A stretch of DNA of 64,000 nt from Octopus vulgaris (taxonomy: Eukaryota), in NCBI GenBank assembly GCA_951406725.2, contig OX597824.1, forward strand, positions 62,868,001-62,932,000, read 5' to 3'. This document shows positions 39,848 to 54,873 of the stretch, piece after piece; within the stretch, counting starts at the first letter, position 1; each line of letters begins with the position of its first letter. The notes beneath the pieces are model-generated. The model saw only the letters and a program-made list of their open reading frames with translations, ran no database searches and had not been told where the DNA came from. Both the position numbers and the translations under genes were made by a program.

Positions 39848-40989
39848 TTATATAGAAGTGCTTTTGCTAATTCTGCCATAAATGTATGCTAAATTTTCAT
39901 AAATCTTTCTACACCCTTACAGTAATCTACCGTGACATTTGATAAATCTCCCTTCCCATCCTTTGGGACAACTATTTTTCCATATTGTTTGCTGGTATTA
40001 TGAGGCAGTCTGAATTACAGGAAATTCTACGTTACACTCCTAAACGTAAAGTTCCTCCATATAAATTACTGTTTAATTGTCATTTACAGAGATTAGTCTA
40101 TGCCTGAGTTTCCCTTTCACATTTATTATATCCTTAGTGAGATCGACTTTTGTTAACTTACTCATTTTTAAACATTTAATACTATAGTCCAATTCTCAAA
40201 GTCTGAACGATCGAAGTCGGAACCTCTGTAAGCATAATATTCTGTTTGATTATCTCAAAACAACATTTACTAAACCATTCACGAACGTTATAATTTGTAT
40301 AGAAGTTTAAAAGTAATTTTTTATGATTTATTCTGGCAATAGTCAACTCTTTAATACAATTCATATTGTGTGTATTCAGCCAGGAAATGAAATTGGAAAC
40401 ATGTCGTATATTTGATTTTTTTTTCTTTATTTAACACATTTCCCTTTGATAGAAATATACTACTGCAGCCCATTAATTTATTCTCTTTACCTGTTGTATA
40501 TAAATGATTTGTTGAAGCATTACATTTACTTACAATTTTAAGTTTTCCCACTGTGTAATTAAACAATAGTTAATTCTAAACTACAGATAATGGTGTGTTT
40601 GTCATACAATGTACATTATGAATACTGGTAACTTACTTTGAAAACTCACCAGCGCTGTTTATATTTAAATTATAGAGTTCATATATAATATAGACCAAAT
40701 AACTGCTACACTGTCTGTACCACATACAGAACTGTTTTCTAACAAAACAATGTTCTGTTCAGCACCAGCATTCTGAATTATATCTTAGCCAACTCCATGG
40801 AAATCTAGGACAGTCATAACAGCTTCACGTCAAAGATAAACAGGAAGTCTGTTGATACCTAACTTTATAATAAACATATACATATATACACATGTATGTA
40901 TGTATGTGTATGTGTGTGTGTATGTATCTATGTATCTATGTATGTATATCCTTTTGTTCTTTCATGCGTTTCAACCCAAAGACTGAATG

Positions 40990-41430
40990 ATGGAAACCGC
41001 CAGTATTATCACCGTTTTCACTGAGAGTTCCATATTGCTTTGAATTTCTTTCCATGGTGTAGGTTTATCAAAGGCCTCGGATAGGAGGTCAAGTTTTTAC
41101 TTGAAATCATCTGATTCAGTCCATGTTGATCTCTCAGATTTTGGTGATGATATTAAATAGCTGTGGTCCTTTGAATCCCAGGCTACTACAGTACCTAATC
41201 CTCGCTCAAGACTGGATGGATGATTTATTTGGAACCGTCAAGTACGGGAGCCGATATAACTCTCGATGCCAAAGTTGGGTAGCATCCGCTCTAGGATCTG
41301 TCATATGTAAATCATCGCAGATCGCCCTTGTCTTCGCTCCAGGAAGTAGAGTCGTAACCCTTTTGGTCTCTCCCAACAGCTCAACTTTCTGTGATGTAAT
41401 ATTCCTCGCGTAACACAGTTGAACTGCCTC
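40990..41430 (-). mobile_element. CR1/L2-group LINE ORF2 C-terminus
   Basis: WERPKGLRLYFLERRQGRSAMIYI*QILERMLPNFGIESY...RYCSSLGFKGPQLFNII. Confidence 0.8.
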
Positions 41431-41570
41431 AAGTCACTCTATTAATTCGACACACAAGGTTGACGACAGTTTAGAGCAGTAGACCAGGCGGCTACAGACA
41501 AAAGTCTGTTTATCATGTAGGCAGTCATCGTAATTGTAATAATGCCTTGTTGTTGAGAGAGGCTCTCTTT

Positions 41571-41652
41571 CTTTCCTGATGAGAAGATTGCATCTTACAC
41601 CGTTTATTCCTTTGGAATAAAACCATGTTGTCTTCGAAATATATGTCGAAAG
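41571..41652 (+). ncRNA. type I hammerhead ribozyme motif, intact core (paralog of 3414-3498)
   Basis: CTTTC-CTGATGA-GAAGA...TCTTC-GAAA-T-ATAT-G-TC-GAAAG; stem I CTTTC/GAAAG, stem II GAAGA/TCTTC, GUC at 41645-41647. Confidence 0.8.
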
Positions 41653-41702
41653 TAAAATAATTTTATTAATATCTTCGTTCAACTCGATTTATTTACCTAT
41701 TC

Positions 41703-41756
<54 letters not shown>

Positions 41757-41773
41757 ATATATATGTATGTATG

Positions 41774-41807
<34 letters not shown>

Positions 41808-42602
41808 TGTATGTATGTATGTATGTATGCATATTTATATATACATATAATCCATAAAAACATTGCTGACATAGGATATCAAACAACACATAAGACATTG
41901 TTGCAAGACCATTCTACGGATGGCCTAATTGTATTTTTGTGCTCCCGCACATTGATTTGTGAGCATATTATTAAATACATTACAAAAATATTACAAGAAT
42001 TTTATTGTAACTGTTATTTCTAAAGTAGAAATATTTACTAATCTCGGTTTTATGTACTTTCTTTGATATGATTATTTGAAAGATTTAGGAAATTAAATCA
42101 AATAGCTTATATTCTGATCCTTCACATTTCCGATCAACATTCTAAGTCACGAACTCTCTATAATTAGTAAACAGATTTCTGTAATGGAAAATACGAAAGA
42201 AGCGAATATAGAAACTAAACACAACAGAAAATATTGAACATTTTACAAGATTTCTTCTGAATACAAATATTAGTTTTTAATACCTTATTGTGATTGAAAA
42301 TTTTGAGAATAGCCAAAATTTGAGAATCGCAAAGTATTGCAGCCACGTGATATTTAAGAAAAAAATTAATCTAATTTTTAGCAAACTTATTCGTCCTACT
42401 GGTATTTAGCAAAATATAATCACATTCGGGAATTATTCAAAGTCTTCATCTACCTAATGAAAAGCTTATGACAGTGTGCATATAAGAGATGATTAAACAT
42501 AGTTACGTGTTCATAGTTATGTGGTCAAAAAACCACATTACTTCAAAGTAAATCACATCATTTTTGTCATTTATTTCAAGAAATATGCAGGAGAAAGGTA
42601 AT

Positions 42603-43445
42603 AATATTACGTCTCCTTAAGGCGGCGAGCTGCCAGAAACGTTAGCACGCCGGGCGAAGTGCTTCGTAGTAGTTCGTCTGCCGTTACGTTCTGAGTTCAA
42701 ATACCGCCGGGGTCGACTTTGCCTTTCATCCGTTCGGTGTCGATAAATCAAACACCAGTTACGCTCTGGGGTCGATATAATCGATTTAATCCGTTTGTCT
42801 GTCCTTGTTTGTCCTCTCTGTGTTTAACCCCTTGTGGGTAGTAAAGAAATAGTTATTTCGTCTGTCCTTACGTTCTGAGTTCAAATTTCATGGATGTCGA
42901 CTTTGCCTTTCATCTTTTCGGGGTCGAAAGATTAAGTGTGTACAAGGGATCGATCTAATTGACTGGCCCCTTACCCAAATATTTCGTGCCTTGTGCCTAT
43001 AGTAGAAAACAATATTTAGGGTGGCGATCTGGCAGAATGCTTAGCGGCATTTCGTCTGCCGCTACATTCTGAGTTCAAATTCCGCTGGGGTTCACTTTGC
43101 CATTCATCCTTTCGAGGTCGATTAAATAAGTACCAGTTATGCAATGTGGTCGATGTAATTGACTTACACTCATTGTCGTTGTTCGTCGCCTCTATGTTTA
43201 GCCCCCTGTGAGCAATAAAGAAATAAATATTACGTCTCCGTATGGCGGCGAGCTAGCAGAAACATTAGCACGCCGGGCGAAATGCTTCGCGGTATTTCGT
43301 CTGAGTTCTGAGTTCAAATTCCGCCGAGGTCAACTTTGCCTTTCATCCTTTTGGGGTCGATTAAATAAGTACCAGTTACGCACTGGGGTCGATATAATCG
43401 ACTTAATCCGTTTGGCTGTCCTTGTTTCTCCTCTCTGTGTTTAGG
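42603..43445 (+). mobile_element. head-to-tail array of four Meta-type SINE units
   Basis: TTCTGAGTTCAAAT and CTTTGCC.TTCATC...GTCGA recur four times (~42690, 42873, 43067, 43306). Confidence 0.88.
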
Positions 43446-46400
43446 TAATAACTAAAGTAATGTTGAGGTGTACATTATTGTACAATGATTGTGGTGAAAT
43501 TATTTAAGATATTAACCACAAGAAGATGTATAATACGTTCAACAGTCCAAACTTCAAATCAAAGTATAAGCGGTTTATTAGCGATTCAATGATGACACTA
43601 AATTATTGTTTTTAATAATTAGTTAATGAGTAAAAAGATTTATTTCAATCGTCTTAATTTGCTTTTTATGCTCTCTGCTTTGTATATTATGATATTGATA
43701 CAAATAAGAGATTGTTAGTTTAACACTTAAACTACCAGAATACGTTACTTTATAATTAAATGAATACCCACTATTAATGAGAACAATCAAGAGTTTTTCA
43801 TGTTAGTGCTATATATATATATATATATATATAGGACAAAATCGCATGAGATCAGGCCTGCCAATTTAAACTTTCGATAAAATTGGATATTTAATAAACG
43901 CTATTTATTGTCTGAAGAAAAAAATCAGATGGTTATAGTTAGAACGCTTCGTTAATATCAAAATGCTGTAAGCAACATTAATACACAGGATTATGTTTCT
44001 TCAAGAACGTAAACTGAATTATTTTTTGTTGATGTACAGAGAGAAATGGATACACTAATGGAGAGGAGGGTACAGTTACTGAAACCTTACAGCCTATATC
44101 CTACCTAACAGTATTATAATAGCGTAAATCTATACATTTAGTTTGTATGTGATTGTGAGAAGACTCGACTTATGGAATATCATAGTTGATAAACAAATAA
44201 GTGAAAACTTATGACCGGAATATAACCAAGGGGGCATTTAGGTAGGAAGAAAAACACATAAGACGTCATTTGTACGACTTATTTACAGTTAAGTCTATAA
44301 GAAACCTTCACTTAAATAATCAGAAGTACATGATCCTTTGTTCAGATATCCAGAGCGCCCATATCCTTTGGCAACTATACTGAGTGACAAACCCAAACTC
44401 TCTTAGATTTCCTGTGATAAATGCCATGATTTCAGACTGAGATATTTGAAAATATGACAATTTTCAAACATTGTCCTGAAATAAATGGCAGAAAGAAATC
44501 AATATAGAAGCATGAAATAAAAAGTAAAGAACACAGCCAGAAAACCGAAGTGCGGTACAGAGAGAAGCGTGCAGAAAGCATATTGTTTTCTGCAACATGC
44601 AAAGTTCATTTGTTATTGTTTTCGTTCGTGTGTGTTAGAACCATGCCTACCATTATCATTACAGCAAGTTACTGCACAATATTTCGGTTATGACAATCTC
44701 GTCTTTTACCAATGTGTAGCACAAAATTACTTAATATATCATTGCCTTGTTTAGTGTGAATGTTTGCTAAGATTTGTTTTCTATATGTAACAGTGTGACA
44801 GACCATATAAAGAATACCACGTTTGATTGATTCGAAATTCCATTATTCCGTCAGGTAATACATCCTAGAATAATTTTGATAGTGCATCCTAGACACTTTG
44901 AGATAGAATTATTTCCTTCTCCTTCCTTTTTCGCCACACTATATATGATAGGTTCAAACGATCATATAAAAAATACACAATATAGGAACGCTGTTCTATA
45001 GCAAGCAAAATGTTATTATTCCGGACCTCACTACTCCATTGCATTGAAAATTATTAAGAAACAGCAAAGTTGAAATGTCAGGAATGTAGTAGAAAAATGC
45101 TGCGAAGAAGGAATATCTAAGCGGTCACTTGAAGTGCAAGAATCAGCAGTCCAATCTTCTGGAAATCGCAATTCACTATTTTAGAAAATTGAAGAATATC
45201 CAGTAGATGTATTTCGATATGCTGTGTTTTTAAAATGGATGGCTACGGCTGAATGTAATTGAATTGTGTGCTGCATAATCTCGGCTGATTTAGGGCTAAA
45301 CAAGGAAGTCAAAATTTAACAAGACATTTCTGCCTACAAATAAGTTTTTGAAGGCAGAAACCTATCTTCTTTTTCTGCACTTTATCATAACAGCAGTAGA
45401 ATTTGAACGATAACTAGTTCTGCATACTGTAAAAGTTTTGCGAATGAGAATGTCATCATGAGTAGTGGCCTGAATTTTAAGGAAGCTCATTTCCGAACAA
45501 TGCACTCATGCGCACATGGTTCTCAAACAGAAGAGACTAGTTCTTATTTTGCTAACTTTTATTTGCATCCGTGTTCTTTTTACAATAGGGAATTGGAGAG
45601 GTTAAATATTTTGAACTACCTAAATATTATTAGAACTGGAATCGCATTTGCTTGCCTTCCATCCCTCGCGGATTTCCAGCCCACAACCTCCATGAATTTT
45701 CCTCGGTGAGACATTGACATACAGAATACAGACGCATCTTTGCTCATCATCATAATACATTTTTGGATTAATACTGCTTCTCAACACTGACATAATAATA
45801 GCATTAACATAAACACTAAGAATTATGCTGAAGTATTCTGGAGCATTGTATGCAAATCTATAAATCTTGAACATTCTAATTAATAGACACTCAACGAGTG
45901 ATGTTTAGAGGAGGCATTTTTAGAAAAGAAATTTGAGTTAGACAAACGCAATTTTTTCACATTGTGATCCGCGCCAAATTCATACGAATGACCAAAATTT
46001 CACTCCCCTTTTAGTTGCTTTATGTAACACAGTATAACATAAAGCTCGTAATGGATCATCAAATCTTGAAAGGGAACCCTTGTTTCATCTACTTGCATTT
46101 AAAAGTAGCTTGCTTGATAGAACATATATTCGTAATATATAAAAGCCTAGCTTGCAATATAGCTAGAACCGAGAATTTAAAATAATTGGATATATACGTT
46201 AGCAAGTCACATATTAACAGAGCATATTATTAACACCATATATCATATTAATTGAAAAATTATCAAATGAGAGATAATGAAAAAGCACAGTTTGGATTCA
46301 CTTATTCAATTTAATATTGCAGAGAACGTTAGAAGAATGGTACACAAATTGACGAAAGAAGAATTTTTGAAATATGACAGGGCTGTCGCATTGGCATTTA

Positions 46401-46506
46401 CATGGTATTAAAGTGATTCAAATCGCAACTGTATTGCACTGTATTGGGGATATTTCGGGCACTATCTCCCTGCATTTAAAGCACTACTGATACGTAGATA
46501 TTTCAT

Positions 46507-46657
<151 letters not shown>

Positions 46658-46815
46658 CTAAACATATGCAGTTGGTAACACCAACTTATATGCTTCCGTT
46701 CTGCAGGTAAACTATAATCTCTTCTTTCTCTCCTAATTACTTTTCCTATAGTTTGTAAACACAAACATTTACTTAATTATAAATATGTATGTATATATAG
46801 GAACTGAGTAAGATG

Positions 46816-46865
<50 letters not shown>

Positions 46866-48324
46866 ATATATATACATACATATATATATATCCATACGTA
46901 TATCTATATTTATATATGTATGAACATATGTGTGTGTGTGTCTCCTGTTAGTTGTTTTTATTGTTTTTGCACAGTAACACAAAGGAATATACTTTAGTCG
47001 CCAGAGTAATTATATCGAACATGCAAGAACGAGTACTCCCTAACAATTTAAGATAACATTATTTCACAAAATATAATTAGCCATATTGTTTCTCTTTCAT
47101 AAATTCAATTTTCGTGTAATTTTCGATAATTGATTTCCATTTAACGATGCAGACGGTATACGCTGTGCGGTGTATTTCATGCTTTTCAGTAGTATCTGAA
47201 CGAGATTAGTTTTGGCGACACCCACCGTGCGATGTAAATAAACTACAGTTAAATGATGATATGGAACTTTAATAGATGGTTCACTTACATTGATGACCTT
47301 TACAACATAATATAATCTTACTTGTATCCTTATAAATTATTGGAGTTCTCAAGAATCTAAGAAAATATACAGTAAACAGATGATGTCTACTTTTTTGTAT
47401 TTTCTCTGACATTTTCAGAAAATGGCAGATTGTCACACATTTCGATTCCATTTAGTCATAAAATGATTCTATAACTCTAATCTGCTAAGCCGAGCAAGAT
47501 ATTTTAAAGTGATCTCTAAGTCGAAATCATTGTAACCTATTCATCCTTTCAACGGTAACTCAAGTAATCATTCGTTGTGTTGGCAACATATTTGCCACAA
47601 AATCTATATCTTCCATTACCTTCAAGAAATCTAATCTTTATAGTCTGAAACTCTAATCTTTAAAGCCGCGATAATTATTATTCGCAAATATCATAGTTAT
47701 GAATGGAAAATTCTAATTTTAGATCAACGATGATTGTGATATAATAATCTGATAATTACTGACTGCAGTGACACCCCATAAAGATGTGTCGTAAGGCTAT
47801 GTATGTTTCGTATTGGCTATCACGTTTTCCTCTTCACATTTGTATTTGCTTTGTCTTCTAAATACAATTTTTCAAAAGAAAATGTTGATACGAATCGTTG
47901 TTTTTACTAGTAGCAAGTTGTATTTTAAATGTTCTAATCTATTCGCTGATTAAAATGAATGTTTTAGTAGTTTACAGAGTAAAATAAATACAAACGATTG
48001 ACTAACAATCTCGTGACAAAGTGACTCGCATTTAAACACTGCGGAAAGAGAAACGTGATCACTGACGCTAAGAATATTTCTGATTGCATTATTCATTAAT
48101 CATAAAATTATTGTATTTCCGTTTTTTCAATGTTGTAAATCAGGTTTGACATACTGAATTACAGAATTTTTCACCAAGATTTTGTTGTTCATTTCGATTC
48201 TTCTCATCGTCACTACTATTAATTTTCTCACCTCAAACATTATTGCTAACTACTTCTTGCTGTCATTCACGTTTCCACATCGGTTCTGTTTAAATGTTTA
48301 TAACAACAATTTTCTTTGGTTGTT

Positions 48325-48498
<174 letters not shown>

Positions 48499-49195
48499 AG
48501 GGTGAAGATGATGTTGAAATCCATTATGAATGCCAAAAATTTGATTGCCGCAATGAATATCTGGATAGTTGCGGTGGTAAGATACAGTGCCTCCATGCTC
48601 AAATGGACTAAGGAGGAAATATCAAAACTGGATAGAAGTACAGGAAAGTTGACGACTATGCATGGGGCGCTACAACATAAAGCAAACTTAAACAGGTTGT
48701 ATATAAAAAGAAAGAATGGTGGCAGTGGACTGATTAGTATAGACCATTCTATAAGGAGTGAAAGGGAGAACGCTACCCGAGTATTTATAAATAGTGATGA
48801 AGACCTGCTACAATATGCCGCGAAAGATATGGGTGTTAATGCAGATGAAATGATGGCAAGGGAGAGTTTAACCAAAGAACTAAGGAGAAGAGAAAAGAAG
48901 ACCTGCTTGAAGTAAGAATGCATGGGCAGTTTGAAAGGAATACACAAAACGTTAAGGATAATACAGCATCGTGGGCATGTCTTGAGCGAAGTGATTTGAA
49001 GCGTACCACCGAAAGCCTGATCATTGCTGCACAAGACCAGGCTCTCGCTACCAATTCAGTGGAGTATAACATCTATAAAATGTCTGACTCCTATAAATGC
49101 AGCCTCTGTGGAAAGAGTAGAAAATGTGACCCACTTAGTAAGTGGAATGTGAGAGCTTTGCACGAAAAGATTACAAACGGCGCCACCATAATTAA
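48499..49195 (+). mobile_element. R4/Dong-type LINE fragment (post-RT region to zinc knuckle)
   Basis: NAKNLIAAMNIW.VAVVRYSA...RLYIKRKNGGSGL; MHGQF...AAQDQAL...CSLCGK...KRRHHN. Confidence 0.9.
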
Positions 49196-49201
49196 GGAAA
49201 G

Positions 49202-49665
49202 TAATGGGTTGGCAACTAATTTCCCGCCGTTGTTTTTTTTAATTTTGGAATTTATTGTGTTTTTAAATTTTCGAATCTATTTTTCCGAGAATTCTATTTT
49301 TGAATCATTTTAGAATCTACTTTGTTTTTTGTTGGTTTTTTTTCTAGTTAATTTTCGTTTACTTTCAGATCATTAAAATGGAATTTCAAGTTAAGAAAAA
49401 CGAGCATTTTCGACACCTCCTTTTTGCTTTTAATCAAGGTTCTAATGACGAAAGGCTGCTCACAACATTTGTGCTGTGTATGGAGAGGGTGCCATAGCTG
49501 AAAGAACCACTCGTGATTGGTATGCTAAGTTCAAACATGGAAATTTTGACCTCAAAGACGCACCTCGTTCTGGCCGTCCAGTTGAGTTTGATAAAGAGCG
49601 ATTAAACCATTGAGACGTATGGCTGGGAAGTGCTAACACACCTGCCGTACTCTCCAGATTTGAAA
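49202..49665 (+). mobile_element. internally deleted mariner remnant
   Basis: TIR-like TAATGGGTTGGCAACTAA; MEFQVKKNEHFRHLL...ICAVYGEGAIAERTTRDWYAKFKHGNFDLKDAPRSGRP; GWEVLTHLPYSPDL. Confidence 0.9.
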
Positions 49666-49669
49666 TAAT

Positions 49670-51432
49670 GAGAGATGAAATATCAATATTAAATGAACTA
49701 ATCAGCGGAAACTACCTATAATCCAGAAAAGTAAGGAAGGTGAAGAGAAAATATTGATTCTCATCAAGGGAAGTGCTGCTTTCATCAAAAGAGGCACTGC
49801 AACAAAATTTCCAACTGAAAGGTAAGAGATATACGAATATTTGAGAATAAAGACAAGATTTACAAGCAAAATAAATTGTTAACATCCGATGTGAAAACAT
49901 TCTACAGAGAAATAGGGAAGAAGAAAGGAACATTTGAACAGCCTCCCATGGAGGAAGATGAAAACTTTTGGAAAGATATTTCGAGGAATGAAAAGACACA
50001 CGATGAAAATGCATACTGGATAAGAGGCATAGAAGGATCATACAAAAATTAACCAGAACGTGTATGGGAAGATATCACAATAGCAGACTTAAGGATGCCA
50101 CACAGAAATATCGGGTCCGCATGGATTGATTATAAAAAGGCATTTGACAGCATACCGTACTAATGGATCTTGAAATCGCTGGATATCTTCACAATTTCTC
50201 CTGTGATTTCAAACTTACCGAAGCGCATGCCAGTGTGGAATACGAAACTCCAATTAAACCACTCTAATGGAGTACTGACCGCAAACGATATTTTCTCTAA
50301 TTTTTATTTTCACAGGTCTAATACCCCTTACAAATGAACTTAACAGGAAGAATGTGGTTATAAAATTGGCGGCAAGAGAATAAGTTATCTATTTTATATT
50401 GGTGACTTAAAACTCTATGGCAAAGAAGATAATGAGCTTGAAGGGTTACTACGTACTGTGAAAGCATTCAGTGATGACACCGGGATGCAATTTGGTCTTG
50501 ATAAATGCACCGAGGCCACGTTTCAGAAAGGGAAATTGAAGACCTCACAGTCAGTGGTATAAGATGTTAACACGGTTATAAAAAAACTTGAGTAAGAAAA
50601 AACTTACAATTACCTCGGAAGACACGAGGTCTCTGGCATCTGGCATGTAAGCATGAAATAGAAGATAAGGATGGACTGTTACAGGAGAGATCGAGCAGTG
50701 TTAAAATCCGAGTTAAATGCACGTAATATGGTGCCAGCTATAAATTCCTTAGCAGTTCTGGTTGTTATTTACTGTTTCAATGTGTTGCACTGGAATATGA
50801 GCGAAACATAGAAGATTCACAGGAAAATCCATAAGCTACCGAGTTGCAATAAGATGCATCACCCAAAGCATACACATATCATTTTTACCTTCCCAGAGCT
50901 CAAGGAGATTGAGGTTTGATCAAATTTGAAATCTCTTAAAAATCACTACAATTGAACTGGCAAAATATCGTGAAAGATCTCACGACTGGCTGCTAAAACT
51001 CGTTGAAAATCACGAGAGACGGAAGAAGTTACATTCTGTTATGAAGGAGAGCAAAAAAATTACAAGGTTGAACAGCATGATGAAAGCGCGAGACTTATGG
51101 TATTAAAGAAGATGAAATCAATGGCAAAGCATAAAGCGTTTGAACAATTTGTTGATAGTGGGACGAAAAACCTCTGCATGGAAAATATATAGCCCGTAGC
51201 AAACAAGCTGATGTAGAACATAAGTACATTCACCAGTGGGTACGGAGCTCAGGGCTTAAAGCAGAGAGCAAAGGTTTTATATTAGCTGCTCAAGATCAAA
51301 GCTTATTTACTAGGAACAACCAAGCCAATGTGATAAAAAATGGTGTAGAACCAAAGTACCGATACTGCAACAATGAGATTGAAACAGTGGACTACGTAAT
51401 CTCTGGGTGTAAGATTTTAGCATCAGCAGAGA
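49670..51432 (+). mobile_element. second R4/Dong-type LINE remnant with RT domain
   Basis: WIDYKKAFDSIP, LFYIGDLKLY (decayed YMDD), MQFGLDKC, YNYLG, KPLHGKY, GLKAESKGFILAAQDQ, YRYC...ETVDYVISGC; many stops. Confidence 0.88.
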
Positions 51433-53922
51433 ATTTTGCTCAGTTCAGTGACTTAAGAGAAGATACTTACTCGATATGCTTCGCACTGGCATTCAACTCA
51501 AAACAGGTTTTGCAAAGCAGATATCTTAAACATATTTCATTATGATTCCTGTAAGGGACACAACTCTTTAATCTTTTCAGTCATATTAGTCAACCTCGTA
51601 AAACGGGTTATACACATATAGCTGAAGTAATTAAGAGAAACGTCGATGTTCAATATTAAAGACACGTAGGTGTGAAAACATATTTTAAGAATAAATTACA
51701 GAGAAATTTGTCAATGGCCTCATCTGCACGAAAGCATTATACTGAAGCCGTATTTAATGCAGAGAGCATTAGATAAAGCTTATCAGAAATATCTAATCGC
51801 AGATGGTCCTATGCTCTTTTCAACTGCTAATCCAATATATAGCAATTCTTCAATGATTACTTCGATATACTGACGGATATCATAGGTGGAAGAATTCTAG
51901 TGATTATGAACTGTGTACGTTATTCTACTCCGTATTTTGCTAAAATATTGAAAACACTACTAATCATTGGCTGATATTGTTTTTTTTCTTCAAAATATTT
52001 CTAATTAGTTTTTAATGCTAATTGCACTTTATATGGTTGCGTCTTTTAGTAGAAATATATCATTTATATTGTTACACGGTGGGCTTATAAAACCATTTGG
52101 TACGCAATTTTATACGACTAGATATAGATATACAGGGTCTTTGATAATGATTCCCACTTAGAAATGGAACATAATTCAGGTTATTCATTCTTTTTCTCGT
52201 CGTAGAAAAATAAATAAAAGTGTTATATGTTTGCAATTTCCATTTGAGTTATTTATAAATTGAGACAACTGAAGTAATATATTGTATTTTTTATTGTAGA
52301 TATTTACTACAAGTATTTATCCTATACTACATAAAGCTATCAAAACCAAATGTCTAGCGTGATTTATGAATGAAGTCAATTGTTTTTATAAGGCTCCTTT
52401 TATGGGTAAATTAAATATTAATACTATAACTTAAATAGTGTGAAAAACAAAAATATTCTAAAAATAAACAGAATCACTAGACAGAATCATTGCGTCAACA
52501 AATAAATATCATAGATTTGTTTAATTATTGTGTATAACACAATTTTCGTCTTTGGGTAGCAACTGCAATTTCCAAGTTGCTTACCCCCAATGAGTAGGAA
52601 AACGGTTAATATGTCCTTTTGTTACATTTATTCATTAATACATTTAACTTTGCTTTTGCTACATATATTCAAACTACAAAGAATCCCTTTCAACCCATAG
52701 CTATGATGCTCCCCAACTACTCCTGCTCATGGTCAGAGATGCGCATATCGTCAGTCATTAAGTGACATGCTCAATTGGTTAAGATCAAGCAACTGACAAT
52801 CAAATCTGTAGTATTAAGCAAAGTATTTGCTTTAGCGATATTTCTACATCTCAGAATTGAATGGAAAATAGGGTCAGTTTGAAAACATTGATGTCTTGGT
52901 CAGAAAAGCGAAGCTTGAAGAGAATAATAGTTCTTTCCTTTGAGTGCTGGATAGAAGCAAACAGGAAATAAAACATAGTGACCGAAGACAACAAAAAAAT
53001 AATAAAATAATAAAATAAATTAATAAAATAAATGAAATAATAAAAAAATAATATCGTTACAAAGTGATATCTTTGAATTGTCTATGCTATTGATTACTTC
53101 CGCTGACATAAACCACCATACGGGGGAAGAGGTGTAGAGTATTTTATAGATCCCTGTATATAACAGGTACTTAATATTATCACTATTGTACCCGCTGCGT
53201 CGGGTAAAGTTAAAGATGAAGTTTATAGCATTTGAAACGAGAAAAGAAAGTCCTGAATCTCATTACCTCGATATATTTTGCTCCATTGCCAAATGACTGC
53301 TCCAAATTCTGATCCCTACTCTATTGTACACAATTAAACTTTAGAAGAAAACCCGTAACAATTATATACAGACTATATAAGATGCCTATAGTGACTTTGC
53401 TTTATTATGAAACTAATTATATTTATCACTGACTTTGAATGTTTGCAGACAAGCTGTAAACGCTAAACAACTGAGGTTGTTTTGTTTTGTTTTCTTGTTT
53501 ATGTTGATGATCTATTCTGTCTCCCATGAGATGATATGTAAGGTAGTAGCGACATCAGTCAAGTGAAATTGTTTCACTTGGAACTTACAAAAAGATACTT
53601 TCAATTTCTTCCAATTTTTCAAACTTTACCGAGATTATTTTCAAAACATTTAGTTCTGTCGTGGTTGTTGCATGCTGATAAACTAAATCCCATCGATTTG
53701 GTGAAAGAATTTAAGAACTTACCAGCTGTTAAAATGTGTAACTTTGGCCAATGAAGAAGATGTACGTTGCCAACATACCGTAGGTTGGGACTGCCTGTTG
53801 GCGTGGAACACAAAACGAAAGGTTTACGTATTCGTAGATCTGCTAGAAATAGCACTCAAATCTCCTTTCAACTACATTATGGCGTCTAAAAATCAGAAAA
53901 TATTACATATAATCGCAATCAG

Positions 53923-54138
53923 GGCGGGGAGCTGACAGAATCCTTTGCAAGCCAGACAAACTACTCGGCAGCAATTCGTCCGACTCTAGATTCTGAGCTC
54001 AAATTCCGTCGAGGTCAACATAACCCTTCGTGCTTTCGTGGTACGTAAAATAAGTACTAATGGATTAATGATGTTGATGTAATAGATTTACACCCTCCCC
54101 CAAAAAACTTCAGGCCTTGTGCCTATAGTTGAAAAGAT
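53923..54138 (+). mobile_element. Meta-type SINE
   Basis: GGCGGGGAGCTGACAGAA head, TTCTGAGCTCAAATTCCGTCGAGGTCAAC, AAAATAAGTAC, tail GGCCTTGTGCCTATAGTTGAAAA. Confidence 0.75.
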
Positions 54139-54829
54139 TATATGTAACCATAAACACAGTGTATATAGTAATAATAAACTCGTAGTCAGCGTATGATAAC
54201 GTATAGTAACCATATTTTGTGTCGTTGGGAATTTACAGCCATACATTCGTGCCCGACAAATGTATAAAAAAAAAACAGTAGCCCCAACCACGTTATATAA
54301 AGTTTTAAGATGTTATGGTAGAGTTTATAGAAGGTTTCGATGCTATTTATTGCAGGTTGACAGACCACGAAGATATTTTGTCTTCGATGTATTTGCTTGT
54401 TTCAATGAAAACAGACAGTTAGGACGTACGATATAGTGGACATCTTCGTTTGGTTTAAATTACATAAGTTTAACTGCTTGTAACTAGTACGTTCTTTATT
54501 TACTAATTGTAGATAAATACTTCGAATTTTTTTCCACAGATATCAAAATTACACAAAAACAAAATTTTCTTAAAACTACGCTAGAGAACATTTTAAAATT
54601 CGAAGAAATTTAACAAGTGTCATAAACAATAAAACCTTTGCAATGCCTTGTGTACTGCACAGCACGGCAGCACATCAGCCCATATCTTTGAATAAAGAAA
54701 TACGTAGCACAGGAACTCATCTGCGTTTAACAATTTCAGTACCATGGATAGATCTAAGCCTGTAGTACCATCCACATGTGTCAAACACTATGGGTTTTGA
54801 TTGATTAGTATATTCTGATATTCGGGGTA

Positions 54830-54873
<44 letters not shown>

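Noticed and set aside
44030-44450. RT-like traces
   Set aside because: Too decayed to call; possibly an old R4/Dong remnant.
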